Position numbers and translations under genes: made by a program. Shown here piece after piece: positions 1 through 8,429 of a stretch of DNA of 18,108 bases. Position 1 is the stretch's first letter; each line of letters begins with the position of its first letter. The DNA is from Prasinococcaceae sp. CCMP 1430 (Eukaryota; Plantae; Prasinodermophyta). The stretch covers positions 1-18,108 of the forward strand of contig RQSC01000034.1 in NCBI GenBank assembly GCA_013416795.1, read 5' to 3'. The notes below the pieces were generated by a model. That model worked only from the letters and a program-made list of their open reading frames with translations. It was not told the origin of the DNA and searched no databases.

Positions 1-36
<36 letters not shown>
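1..36. repeat. Poly-G run (G36) at the window edge
   Basis: 36 consecutive G at 1-36. It could be a real homopolymer or a sequencing/contig-end artefact. Confidence 0.9.
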
Positions 37-38
<2 letters not shown>

Positions 39-109
39 GGGGAGCACTTCTCCTTCCCGGCGGTGGCGCGGCGCGGCCGCGCCTGCTCGCCCGCGGCGCG
101 AACCCGGAC

Positions 110-1456
110 GTGGAGACGGCGGGGGCCGAAGGGGTGGCCGACGCGGCGGAGGAGCACGCCGGGGCGGTCGATGCCGAGGACGGAGCCGCGGCCGAACCGA
201 AGCCCGAGGTGGCCGTGAGGGCCAAGACGGGCGCCAAAACCATGGACTTCAAGAACCCCGAGCCGCTGTCGGCGTTCGACCTGGTGGACCTCAACCTGGG
301 CTTCGCCGCGCTGAGCCTCTTCCTCTCGCTGGCGGCCATCTCCGTCACCGAGCAGCTGAACACCTCCGGCGCCGAGTCGCTCGCGGACGTCTCGCTGAGC
401 CTCGCGTCGCTCGGCGCCGTGTGGGACGGCATCGTGGCCAACCAGCGCAGTTGGTTCGAGGACGTGTGCCTCAGCGGACTCACCATCTGCACGCTGTACT
501 CGCTGTACAAGCTCTTCGCCGTGCCGCGCAAGTCGCGCACCATCGGCACCACGCTCCACGTGCTGACGGGCGCCGGCGCGTTCATCTCGTCGCTGTACGC
601 CATCGGCCTGGAGCGCGCCTTCCGCATGTCGCCGGGGTGGGAGTGGTGCTGGGTGTCGGCGCTGATGTACACCGCCAACTCGCTGTCGTGGTTCCCGCTC
701 ATCAAGATCTTCCGCGGCAGCACGGAGAGCAAGTACGCGTTCTACCTGGCGTACTCCTTCGTGGTGAGCTTCCAGGGCGTGCAGCTCATCGCGTGGAGCG
801 CGCAGCCCGACGCGCCCTCGTGGATGTACTGGGCGGTGATGCCCTTCTGGTGGTGGTCGGTGCGCAAGCTGGGCGAGAGCGCCGACTTCATCTTCGCCAT
901 GACGCCCGACGAGACGGTGAGCACGTGGCCCGGGCCGCTCAGGAGCTTCGCCGAGGGCTCCAAGAAGCGCATCACGAGCATCCGGCCCGACGCCGCGACC
1001 ATCAGCTACACCGGCCTCAACCTCGCCGCGGCGCTCTTCGACAACGCCTACATGGCGGCCTTCACGCTGCTCGGCCCCGCGCAGTTCTGGCACACGAGCA
1101 TGATGTTCAACCCCAACGACTTCCACCTGAGGCTGCTCAAGGCCAACGCGGGCTCGCTCACCGTGAGCGTGCTGGTCTTCCTGTCGACCGTGGCGATCCG
1201 CCGCCAGATGCCCTGGAAGGTCATCATCGCGCTCAACGTGCTGCTGGGCTCCACGGGCCCGTGGGTGGTGCTGCTGTGGCACAAGATCCTCGACGGCAAG
1301 GAGATGCTCTTCCCGCAGTTCGTGTTCGACCCCGACTACGACTACCAGCTGTGGGACGTCTTCCGCGCGCTCCCCGGGAACATCCCCGCCGCCACCGCCG
1401 CCATCGACAGCGGCGTGGCCGAGGTGGTGGCGGCGACCGCCGCCGCGGCGATCTGA
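110..1456 (+). CDS. Uncharacterised multi-pass membrane protein, 5' end uncertain
   Basis: Long intron-free frame with strong G/C third-position bias and roughly 8-9 hydrophobic segments (e.g. LGFAALSLFLSLAAISV, FYLAYSFVVSFQGVQLIAW, LTVSVLVFLSTVAI). TGA at 1454-1456 and TGTAA at 1492-1496. Position 110 is GTG; the first in-frame ATG is at 242, and the frame stays open upstream to the poly-G. No family recognised. Confidence 0.8.
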   Translation: METAGAEGVADAAEEHAGAVDAEDGAAAEPKPEVAVRAKTGAKTMDFKNPEPLSAFDLVDLNLGFAALSLFLSLAAISVTEQLNTSGAESLADVSLSLASLGAVWDGIVANQRSWFEDVCLSGLTICTLYSLYKLFAVPRKSRTIGTTLHVLTGAGAFISSLYAIGLERAFRMSPGWEWCWVSALMYTANSLSWFPLIKIFRGSTESKYAFYLAYSFVVSFQGVQLIAWSAQPDAPSWMYWAVMPFWWWSVRKLGESADFIFAMTPDETVSTWPGPLRSFAEGSKKRITSIRPDAATISYTGLNLAAALFDNAYMAAFTLLGPAQFWHTSMMFNPNDFHLRLLKANAGSLTVSVLVFLSTVAIRRQMPWKVIIALNVLLGSTGPWVVLLWHKILDGKEMLFPQFVFDPDYDYQLWDVFRALPGNIPAATAAIDSGVAEVVAATAAAAI

Positions 1457-1491
1457 ATGGAACAGCGCGCGGCGTCGGCGGCTGCTGCGAA

Positions 1492-1496
1492 TGTAA
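1492..1496 (+). terminator. TGTAA green-algal polyadenylation signal of the membrane-protein gene
   Basis: TGTAA 36 nt after the TGA; UGUAA is the established main poly(A) signal in chlorophytes. Confidence 0.55.
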
Positions 1497-1715
1497 CATG
1501 TGCGTCATTTTGAGATCGCGAGGCCGCGTGCCGCAGTCGCCCCAAGAAAGCAGGAGCGGCGCGCGCGACCGAGGGCCGCTCTCGCACGCGCCTCGCGCGG
1601 CGGGCGTGGCGGCGCGCGCGTCGAGGGAGGAAGATACACTGCGGTGTTGTTTATGTGTGACCTATCGCGAGGCGTCTCTTGTTAAAATGAAGGTTCTGCC
1701 TGAATCGCGAGCCGC

Positions 1716-2312
1716 TTACAGCGAGATCGAGGTCCAGTACTCGGTGGCGTACTTCATCGAGTTGACGTGGACGGGGTCGGCGACGTGCGCGGACCAGTTG
1801 GCGATGGGGCCCTCCTTGGTCCACACGGCCTGCGAGATGCAGCCGAGCCACGCGAACATGGCGAGGCGGCAGTGCTTGAGCTCCTTGAGCTTCAGCTCGT
1901 CGAGGTCGCCCGACTCGGCGAGGTTGAGGGGGTCGAAGCGGCCGCCCGGGTTGGCGTCGCCCACGGTGAGCTCGTCGAACGCCGGGTCGGTGAGGCCGGT
2001 GCGGTACGCCTCGGCCAGGCCCATGGTGACGATCTCAATGCCGATCACCGCCCAGAACGAGGGGTAGCCGGAGCCCTCCGGCGCGAGCGGGGCGATGGCG
2101 CCCGGGAACTTGTCCGCGATGGCGGTGCAGTCGTCGGGGGTGCACAGGGCGCCCGCCTCGAACCAGGGGATGCCGGTGCCGTTCTCCGAGGCCCACGCGC
2201 CGGTCACGCCGAGCATGGCGAAGCGGCCGTGGATGATCTCGCGCTCGGCGTTCTTCTCGTTGCCGAAGGGGATCAGGGGCGACTCGCCCGCGCCGGGGTA
2301 GGTGCCGAACTC
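1716..2312 (-). CDS. LHCP: Prasinophyte light-harvesting chlorophyll a/b protein, copy 1 (main exon; exon 1 not visible, probably in gap 2679-3294)
   Basis: EREIIHGRFAMLG (helix B), CTPDDC, AEAYR (helix C) and ELKHCRLAM (helix A), typical of Mantoniella/Ostreococcus Lhcp. TTGCAG acceptor ends at 2313, GCTGAC branch at 2353-2348, TAA at 1718-1716. Confidence 0.95.
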   Translation of the reverse strand, partial: EFGTYPGAGESPLIPFGNEKNAEREIIHGRFAMLGVTGAWASENGTGIPWFEAGALCTPDDCTAIADKFPGAIAPLAPEGSGYPSFWAVIGIEIVTMGLAEAYRTGLTDPAFDELTVGDANPGGRFDPLNLAESGDLDELKLKELKHCRLAMFAWLGCISQAVWTKEGPIANWSAHVADPVHVNSMKYATEYWTSISL

Positions 2313-2678
2313 CTGCAATTGCGGCGGTCGCGCGGGCGGCGAAGCGTGTCAGCCAACGCGCTCGAGCTCGGGAGGGCGCGGCGGGCGCGACACCGCGCTG
2401 GCGCCGCGAATCGAGCGGTCCAGGGCGCGCGCGGGCGCTGCGATCGCATGGCTCCCATCCCCGATCCCCGATGCGCAGCCCGCGCCGGAAATTCGCGCCC
2501 CTCCCACCAGGCTCCCCGCCGGCGCTTGGGAGCCGCGCGGACAAGCAGCAGGGCAGCCGTGCCCGGCGCGCGCTCGCGCGCGCGCGCCCAATTTCTCGCC
2601 GAGGCCTTTGGTCGCCGCCGAGGCGCACGCGTCGAGCGCGGTCCCTCGGGCTCGCTGCCCTCGGCGCGCGCGCGCCGT

Positions 2679-3294
2679 NNNNNNNNNNNNNNNNNNNNNN
2701 NNNNNNNNNNNNNNNNNNNNNNNNNNNNNNNNNNNNNNNNNNNNNNNNNNNNNNNNNNNNNNNNNNNNNNNNNNNNNNNNNNNNNNNNNNNNNNNNNNNN
2801 NNNNNNNNNNNNNNNNNNNNNNNNNNNNNNNNNNNNNNNNNNNNNNNNNNNNNNNNNNNNNNNNNNNNNNNNNNNNNNNNNNNNNNNNNNNNNNNNNNNN
2901 NNNNNNNNNNNNNNNNNNNNNNNNNNNNNNNNNNNNNNNNNNNNNNNNNNNNNNNNNNNNNNNNNNNNNNNNNNNNNNNNNNNNNNNNNNNNNNNNNNNN
3001 NNNNNNNNNNNNNNNNNNNNNNNNNNNNNNNNNNNNNNNNNNNNNNNNNNNNNNNNNNNNNNNNNNNNNNNNNNNNNNNNNNNNNNNNNNNNNNNNNNNN
3101 NNNNNNNNNNNNNNNNNNNNNNNNNNNNNNNNNNNNNNNNNNNNNNNNNNNNNNNNNNNNNNNNNNNNNNNNNNNNNNNNNNNNNNNNNNNNNNNNNNNN
3201 NNNNNNNNNNNNNNNNNNNNNNNNNNNNNNNNNNNNNNNNNNNNNNNNNNNNNNNNNNNNNNNNNNNNNNNNNNNNNNNNNNNNNNNNNNNNNN
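2679..3294. other. Assembly gap (616 N)
   Basis: Run of N. Confidence 1.
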
Positions 3295-3925
3295 GGCCGC
3301 GCGCCGGGCGAAGGGGCGCGGCGCAGGCGAGGAGGACCCGCGCGTCGTTGCCCGTTGGCCGTCACTGCCCCCCGCCGCGGGGGTCACGGGCGCCTCACCG
3401 CCGGGCGACGGGGACTGCGAAAACTGGGAGAGGGCCACGAGGCGATGGCAGAATGTCCACAGCTTGTGTGGAGTTGGGATGGTCACGTGGTCGGTGCAGG
3501 GTCCTACGGAGCGCGTGCAGCTGAGCGTGCTCTGCCTTGGCCGCCTCGGCGCGCCGCCCTGGCCGCCTGCGTCGCCGTGCGACGCGACAGTCGTGCTCCG
3601 TGGCGCGGCTGGCTGCTCCCACGGCTCGCTCCCGCGGCTCGGCGCGCTGCGAGCGATGCTGGGTCGCGCCTCGACGCGCCCGGCTGCAAGGCCCGCGTCA
3701 CGGCCTGTGCACACCCACACCTTGCTGTCGCAACGGATCGAGACACTGGCATCGCTTGGCCCACGCCCGCGCGCCCGCACACGCGCGGCGTGGACGCGGG
3801 TCTCCGAGGCGATACACAAGTTGTTATGCGTTCAGACCTATCGCGCGGTCGCTATCGGGCGGCAGCATGTAAAATCGGTCCTCGGCACAAACACCGAACG
3901 CCCCGGGCGCCGGAGTGCGAGCCGC

Positions 3926-4522
3926 TTAGAGCGAGATCGAGGTCCAGTACTCGGTGGCGTACTTCATCGAGTTGACGTGGACGGGGTCGGCGACGTGCGC
4001 GGACCAGTTGGCGATGGGGCCCTCCTTGGTCCACACGGCCTGCGAGATGCAGCCGAGCCACGCGAACATGGCGAGGCGGCAGTGCTTGAGCTCCTTGAGC
4101 TTCAGCTCGTCGAGGTCGCCCGACTCGGCGAGGTTGAGGGGGTCGAAGCGGCCGCCCGGGTTGGCGTCGCCCACGGTGAGCTCGTCGAACGCCGGGTCGG
4201 TGAGGCCGGTGCGGTACGCCTCGGCCAGGCCCATGGTGACGATCTCAATGCCGATCACCGCCCAGAACGAGGGGTAGCCGGAGCCCTCCGGCGCGAGCGG
4301 GGCGATGGCGCCCGGGAACTTGTCCGCGATGGCAGTGCAGTCGTCGGGCGAGCAGAGCGCGCCGGCCTCGAACCAGGGGATGCCGGTGCCGTTCTCCGAG
4401 GCCCACGCGCCGGTCACGCCGAGCATGGCGAAGCGGCCGTGGATGATCTCGCGCTCGGCGTTCTTCTCGTTGCCGAAGGGGATCAGGGGCGACTCGCCCG
4501 CGCCGGGGTAGGTGCCGAACTC
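3926..4522 (-). CDS. LHCP: Lhcp copy 2 (main exon; 5' part in gap)
   Basis: Tandem duplicate of copy 1 at offset 2210 bp, with 7 nucleotide differences and one amino-acid change (CTPDDC to CSPDDC). GCAG acceptor abuts the gap; TAA at 3928-3926. Confidence 0.95.
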   Translation of the reverse strand, partial: EFGTYPGAGESPLIPFGNEKNAEREIIHGRFAMLGVTGAWASENGTGIPWFEAGALCSPDDCTAIADKFPGAIAPLAPEGSGYPSFWAVIGIEIVTMGLAEAYRTGLTDPAFDELTVGDANPGGRFDPLNLAESGDLDELKLKELKHCRLAMFAWLGCISQAVWTKEGPIANWSAHVADPVHVNSMKYATEYWTSISL

Positions 4523-4526
4523 CTGC

Positions 4527-5349
4527 NNNNNNNNNNNNNNNNNNNNNNNNNNNNNNNNNNNNNNNNNNNNNNNNNNNNNNNNNNNNNNNNNNNNNNNNNN
4601 NNNNNNNNNNNNNNNNNNNNNNNNNNNNNNNNNNNNNNNNNNNNNNNNNNNNNNNNNNNNNNNNNNNNNNNNNNNNNNNNNNNNNNNNNNNNNNNNNNNN
4701 NNNNNNNNNNNNNNNNNNNNNNNNNNNNNNNNNNNNNNNNNNNNNNNNNNNNNNNNNNNNNNNNNNNNNNNNNNNNNNNNNNNNNNNNNNNNNNNNNNNN
4801 NNNNNNNNNNNNNNNNNNNNNNNNNNNNNNNNNNNNNNNNNNNNNNNNNNNNNNNNNNNNNNNNNNNNNNNNNNNNNNNNNNNNNNNNNNNNNNNNNNNN
4901 NNNNNNNNNNNNNNNNNNNNNNNNNNNNNNNNNNNNNNNNNNNNNNNNNNNNNNNNNNNNNNNNNNNNNNNNNNNNNNNNNNNNNNNNNNNNNNNNNNNN
5001 NNNNNNNNNNNNNNNNNNNNNNNNNNNNNNNNNNNNNNNNNNNNNNNNNNNNNNNNNNNNNNNNNNNNNNNNNNNNNNNNNNNNNNNNNNNNNNNNNNNN
5101 NNNNNNNNNNNNNNNNNNNNNNNNNNNNNNNNNNNNNNNNNNNNNNNNNNNNNNNNNNNNNNNNNNNNNNNNNNNNNNNNNNNNNNNNNNNNNNNNNNNN
5201 NNNNNNNNNNNNNNNNNNNNNNNNNNNNNNNNNNNNNNNNNNNNNNNNNNNNNNNNNNNNNNNNNNNNNNNNNNNNNNNNNNNNNNNNNNNNNNNNNNNN
5301 NNNNNNNNNNNNNNNNNNNNNNNNNNNNNNNNNNNNNNNNNNNNNNNNN
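4527..5349. other. Assembly gap (823 N)
   Basis: Run of N between the divergent Lhcp copies 2 and 3. Confidence 1.
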
Positions 5350-5395
5350 CGAGCGGCGGGGCCGCACGCGCGCGCCGGCGCGAAATCGCGTGCGC

Positions 5396-5560
5396 GCGTG
5401 CGTGTGCGTGCGCGTGTGCGTGTGCGAGTGCGTGTGTGTACGCCTGTGCGTGTGTGTGTGTGCGTGTGTGTGTACGCCGGTGTGTGAAGCAGTGTGTGTG
5501 TGTGTGACTGCGTGTGTGACTGTGTGTGTGTGCATGTGCGTGTGCGCGTGTGCGTGCGCG
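5396..5560. repeat. Degenerate (GT)n/(GTGC)n microsatellite, probably inside the Lhcp copy 3 first intron
   Basis: Long interrupted gtgtgt/gcgtgt tract. Confidence 0.85.
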
Positions 5561-5986
5561 CGCGCGCCCCGCCGCGCAGCCCACGCATGCGCATGGGGAT
5601 CCTGCACGGATCCCTCTGACGTGCATTAGGGTATACACATTTGAGGGTCTGTATACACGCGCGAGGGGAGGTCTTTTCGCAAGCGGCGGCGGCGGCGGCG
5701 GGTTGGGGTTGGCGCGCGCCGCGGCGCCCCCCCCCCCCCCGGCCGCGCGCGCCTCATCCTCATCGCCTTATCGCCAACACGCGCGGAACCGCGGTTCGCG
5801 CGCGCTTTCGCCGTCCGCGAAGTCGACGCGTTCGCAGGCGATCCCGGGCGCGAGGCGGGCGGGCGGCGCGAGGCTGGGGCGCGGCGGTGGGCGCCTCGCG
5901 ATCGCTGGGGTGCGCGCGGCGCTGACACGACGCGCGCCCCTTCCCACATCTCCCTCTCCCCCGACCGACCTCCCGTGCCACCGCAG

Positions 5987-6571
5987 GAGCCGGGCACCTA
6001 CCCGGGCGGCGATGGCGAGACCATCATCCCCTTCACCGACGAGAAGAACGCCGAGCGCGAGATCATCCACGGCCGCTTCGCCATGCTCGGCGTGACCGGC
6101 GCGTGGGCCTCGGAGAACGGCACCGGCATCCCCTGGTTCGAGGCGGGCGCCCTGTCGTGGGGGCTGCTGACGTGGCGGATCGCGGACAAGTTCCCGGGCG
6201 CCATCGCCCCGCTCGCGCCGGAGGGCTCGGGCTACCCCTCGTACTGGCTGGTGATCGCCGTTGAGATCGCGGCCATGGGCGGCGCCGAGGCCTACCGCAC
6301 CGGCCTCGTCGACCCCGCGTTCGACGAGCTCACCGTGGGCGACGCCAACCCGGGCGGCCGCTTCGACCCCCTCAGCCTGGCCGAGTCGGGCGACCTCGAC
6401 GAGCTCAAGCTCAAGGAGCTCAAGCACTGCCGCCTCGCCATGGGCGCGTGGTTCGGCTGCATCTGGCAGGCGATCGCCACCGGCGAGGGCCCCATCGCCA
6501 ACTGGCGCGCGCACGTTGCGGACCCCGTCCACAACAACCTGATCTCCGCCCAGTACGCCCCGTGGCTGTAA
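5987..6571 (+). CDS. LHCP: Lhcp copy 3, divergent paralogue (main exon; exon 1 not visible)
   Basis: Same LHC helix motifs with different N- and C-termini (EPGTYPGGDGETIIPFTD...YAPWL). GCTGAC branch at 5921-5926, pyrimidine tract ~5937-5975, CGCAG acceptor ends at 5986, TAA at 6569-6571. Carries the anomalous block at 6156-6178. Confidence 0.95.
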   Translation, partial: EPGTYPGGDGETIIPFTDEKNAEREIIHGRFAMLGVTGAWASENGTGIPWFEAGALSWGLLTWRIADKFPGAIAPLAPEGSGYPSYWLVIAVEIAAMGGAEAYRTGLVDPAFDELTVGDANPGGRFDPLSLAESGDLDELKLKELKHCRLAMGAWFGCIWQAIATGEGPIANWRAHVADPVHNNLISAQYAPWL

Positions 6572-6712
6572 ATTTTGCGAACGCAGTATAACTTCTTGAT
6601 CCGCCCCGTCCCTGCGCTCCCCTCTTGAGCACCCGCACACCCAGCAGGTGCTCTCTGGCGTGCGCGGCGCGTGCGTGCGTGCGCACGAAGGAGCGCCCAG
6701 TCTTTTACCTCA

Positions 6713-8045
6713 TCACGCCCCGAGCATGCGCGGGACTGTAGCGCACTCATCGCGCCAAGCGTTACGGCGGCCTTTGCTGTGGCTGTTGAGCACGTCCTTG
6801 AGCACCGCGCGCGTTCCGTCGGGCAGCGCGCCGTCGGCACACAGGCATGCAATCGCCATGTCGCGTGGCGTGCGCGCGCTCGGGGAGGTAGAATCGGCAG
6901 AGCCGTTGTCTGCGGATGACTCAAACGTCGTGTCCGCTGGCTCCGCCTCGAGCACTTCCTGGGCGAGCCCCGCGGGCGCCGCGAGCACGCTGGCCGGCCC
7001 GAACATGGCCGCCACGCTGACCCACGCACCCGCCGGCAGTCGCAGCATCTCAAGGGTCGACAGGGTGGGCGCGACCGCCTCAGGAGGTAGGGCCCCCACC
7101 ATGTGGCATGCCTGTGCGGGCGGGCACGCGCGCGTGCGCGCGAAGGCCGCGCGAGCGTCAGCCCTGGGCCCCGGACGCACGCGCACACGCTCCAGAGCGC
7201 CCGCACGCGAGCAAACGCACGCCGCACCTCAATGTTCGGCTGGGCACCCTTCCCATCGGCGCTGTGAGCAACGAGCACTGCGCCGTGGGCTTGGGCGATC
7301 GTCAGCGGGGCGCGAAGCGGCGCACGCGACGCGCGCACCGCCTTGCCGCCAAGGCCGTGCAACGAGAGACCGTCGGCGCCGTCCATGGGCATCTGCTCGA
7401 ATCGGCGACTGTGGCGCACGCGCATGTGCGATTGCGCATGGCGGTGTCAGCGCGCACGCGCGCGCGCTTCCGCGTGCGCGCGCCGGTGTGCGCGCGTAAA
7501 GACGTGCGTGCTGCACACCTACGAGGGCGTACGGTGCGCGCGTGCTCACTCACGCGCGCGTGTTTGAGCGCCCTCTCACCTCTCCCCGCCCTTGCCGTCC
7601 TCCATCGCCTGCGCGCGCTTTGCCATGCGCTTCGCTGCCCCACCGGACGCACCGGCGGCGCCCGCGCGCAGCTCCTCCGTTGCAGGTGCGTTGGCGGTGG
7701 CTATGTGCGTTCGAGTACCGCGCGTGCACGCGCGCGCGAGCATGCGCGCGTCAGGATGGGCGCGCAAAAGGCGCTTGTGCATGCGCGAGCGCACTCGGGT
7801 GTGTGCGAGCGAGCTGCATGGCACGGTGTCCGCTCGCACGCACCCTTGGCGGCGCTCTCGCGTGCGCGGTCCCTGGCCGCGTTCACGACGCCGCCCTGCT
7901 GCGGCTTCGCACGCTTGTGCGCTTGCGTGCTGCTGAGCAGCGCCAGCCCCGCGACCACGAAGACCAGCGCGCACACGAGCACCACGCGCTCGCGCATCGA
8001 GAGGTGTACGAAGTCGCGGCTGGGGCGGCGGCGGGTGCGCGCCAT
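6713..8045 (-). CDS. Uncharacterised 300-aa type II membrane protein; 4 exons 8045-7844, 7700-7580, 7408-7228, 7111-6713
   Basis: ATG at 8045, then a basic stretch and one TM segment (VVLVCALVFVVAGLALLSS). Three GT-AG introns (143, 171, 116 bp) with donors GTGCGT/GTGAGA/GTGCGG, a CTGAC branch in each and matching phases 1, 2, 0. Exons total 903 bp and end in tandem TGA TGA. Confidence 0.7.
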
Positions 8046-8331
8046 GGTGCGCGGGGGCGTGGGTTCGGGCGCTCGCGCGCACGGGTGACCGTCTCGAGGC
8101 GCGCACACGTGCGCGCGCGCGCGCGCGCGCGTGTGTGGCGCGCGAATTCGCGCGCACGCCCCGCCTCACCTCACCCCGGTTTGATCCGGATAGACCCTGG
8201 TCATTATGGACGCTCGCGGCGATGTGCCCGGGTCTTTGCTGGGATCGCGCCTGCGCACACCCGGTCAATGCGCGGCAGTTTCGGGCTGGCCGCGGCGGCG
8301 GTGTAGTGCGAAAATATCTGACATTCTGCGG

Positions 8332-8384
8332 CGCGAGGTCGAAACGCATGCGCGGGCGGGCCGCGAGGTCGAAACGCATGCGCG
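8332..8384. repeat. Direct repeat, 2 x 23 bp CGCGAGGTCGAAACGCATGCGCG, period 30
   Basis: Identical units at 8332-8354 and 8362-8384. Confidence 0.9.
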
Positions 8385-8429
8385 CGGAGGCCGGGCGGCG
8401 GTTCGCCGCGCGAGGGCTCCTCGCGGTCG

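Noticed and set aside
1-36. Poly-G as a telomere or functional G-quadruplex
   Set aside because: It is a pure homopolymer at the window edge, not a telomere repeat, and is a common sequencing or contig-end artefact.
37-2067. 676-aa ORF and the many other long Arg/Ala/Gly-rich ORFs in the track, including those spanning N runs
   Set aside because: They are off-frame or antisense shadows of real genes in very GC-rich DNA, or are held open artificially by N codons.
3295-3925. Possible + strand gene between Lhcp copies 1 and 2 (open frame, TGTAA at 3868-3872) and a G-box CACGTG at 3484-3489
   Set aside because: No codon bias, splice signals or recognisable peptide; a 6-bp G-box is expected by chance.
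5581-5660. Small hairpin GGGATCC-N5-GGATCCC, duplicated GTATACAC, and ATG5587 as Lhcp copy 3 exon 1
   Set aside because: The motifs are too short to be significant, and the ATG frame stops after 10 codons with no transit peptide.
6156-6178. Ordinary micro-inversion as the explanation for the Lhcp3 block
   Set aside because: The reverse complement of the homologous segment does not match; only the unreversed complement does, and the segment is not mirror-symmetric.
8160-8330. Possible snoRNA or other ncRNA in the AT-richer patch
   Set aside because: A CTGA is present but there is no convincing box C or terminal stem; a promoter region is the simpler reading.
8332-8384. CRISPR-like array
   Set aside because: Only two units with a 7-nt spacer, in a eukaryotic context, and no cas genes.
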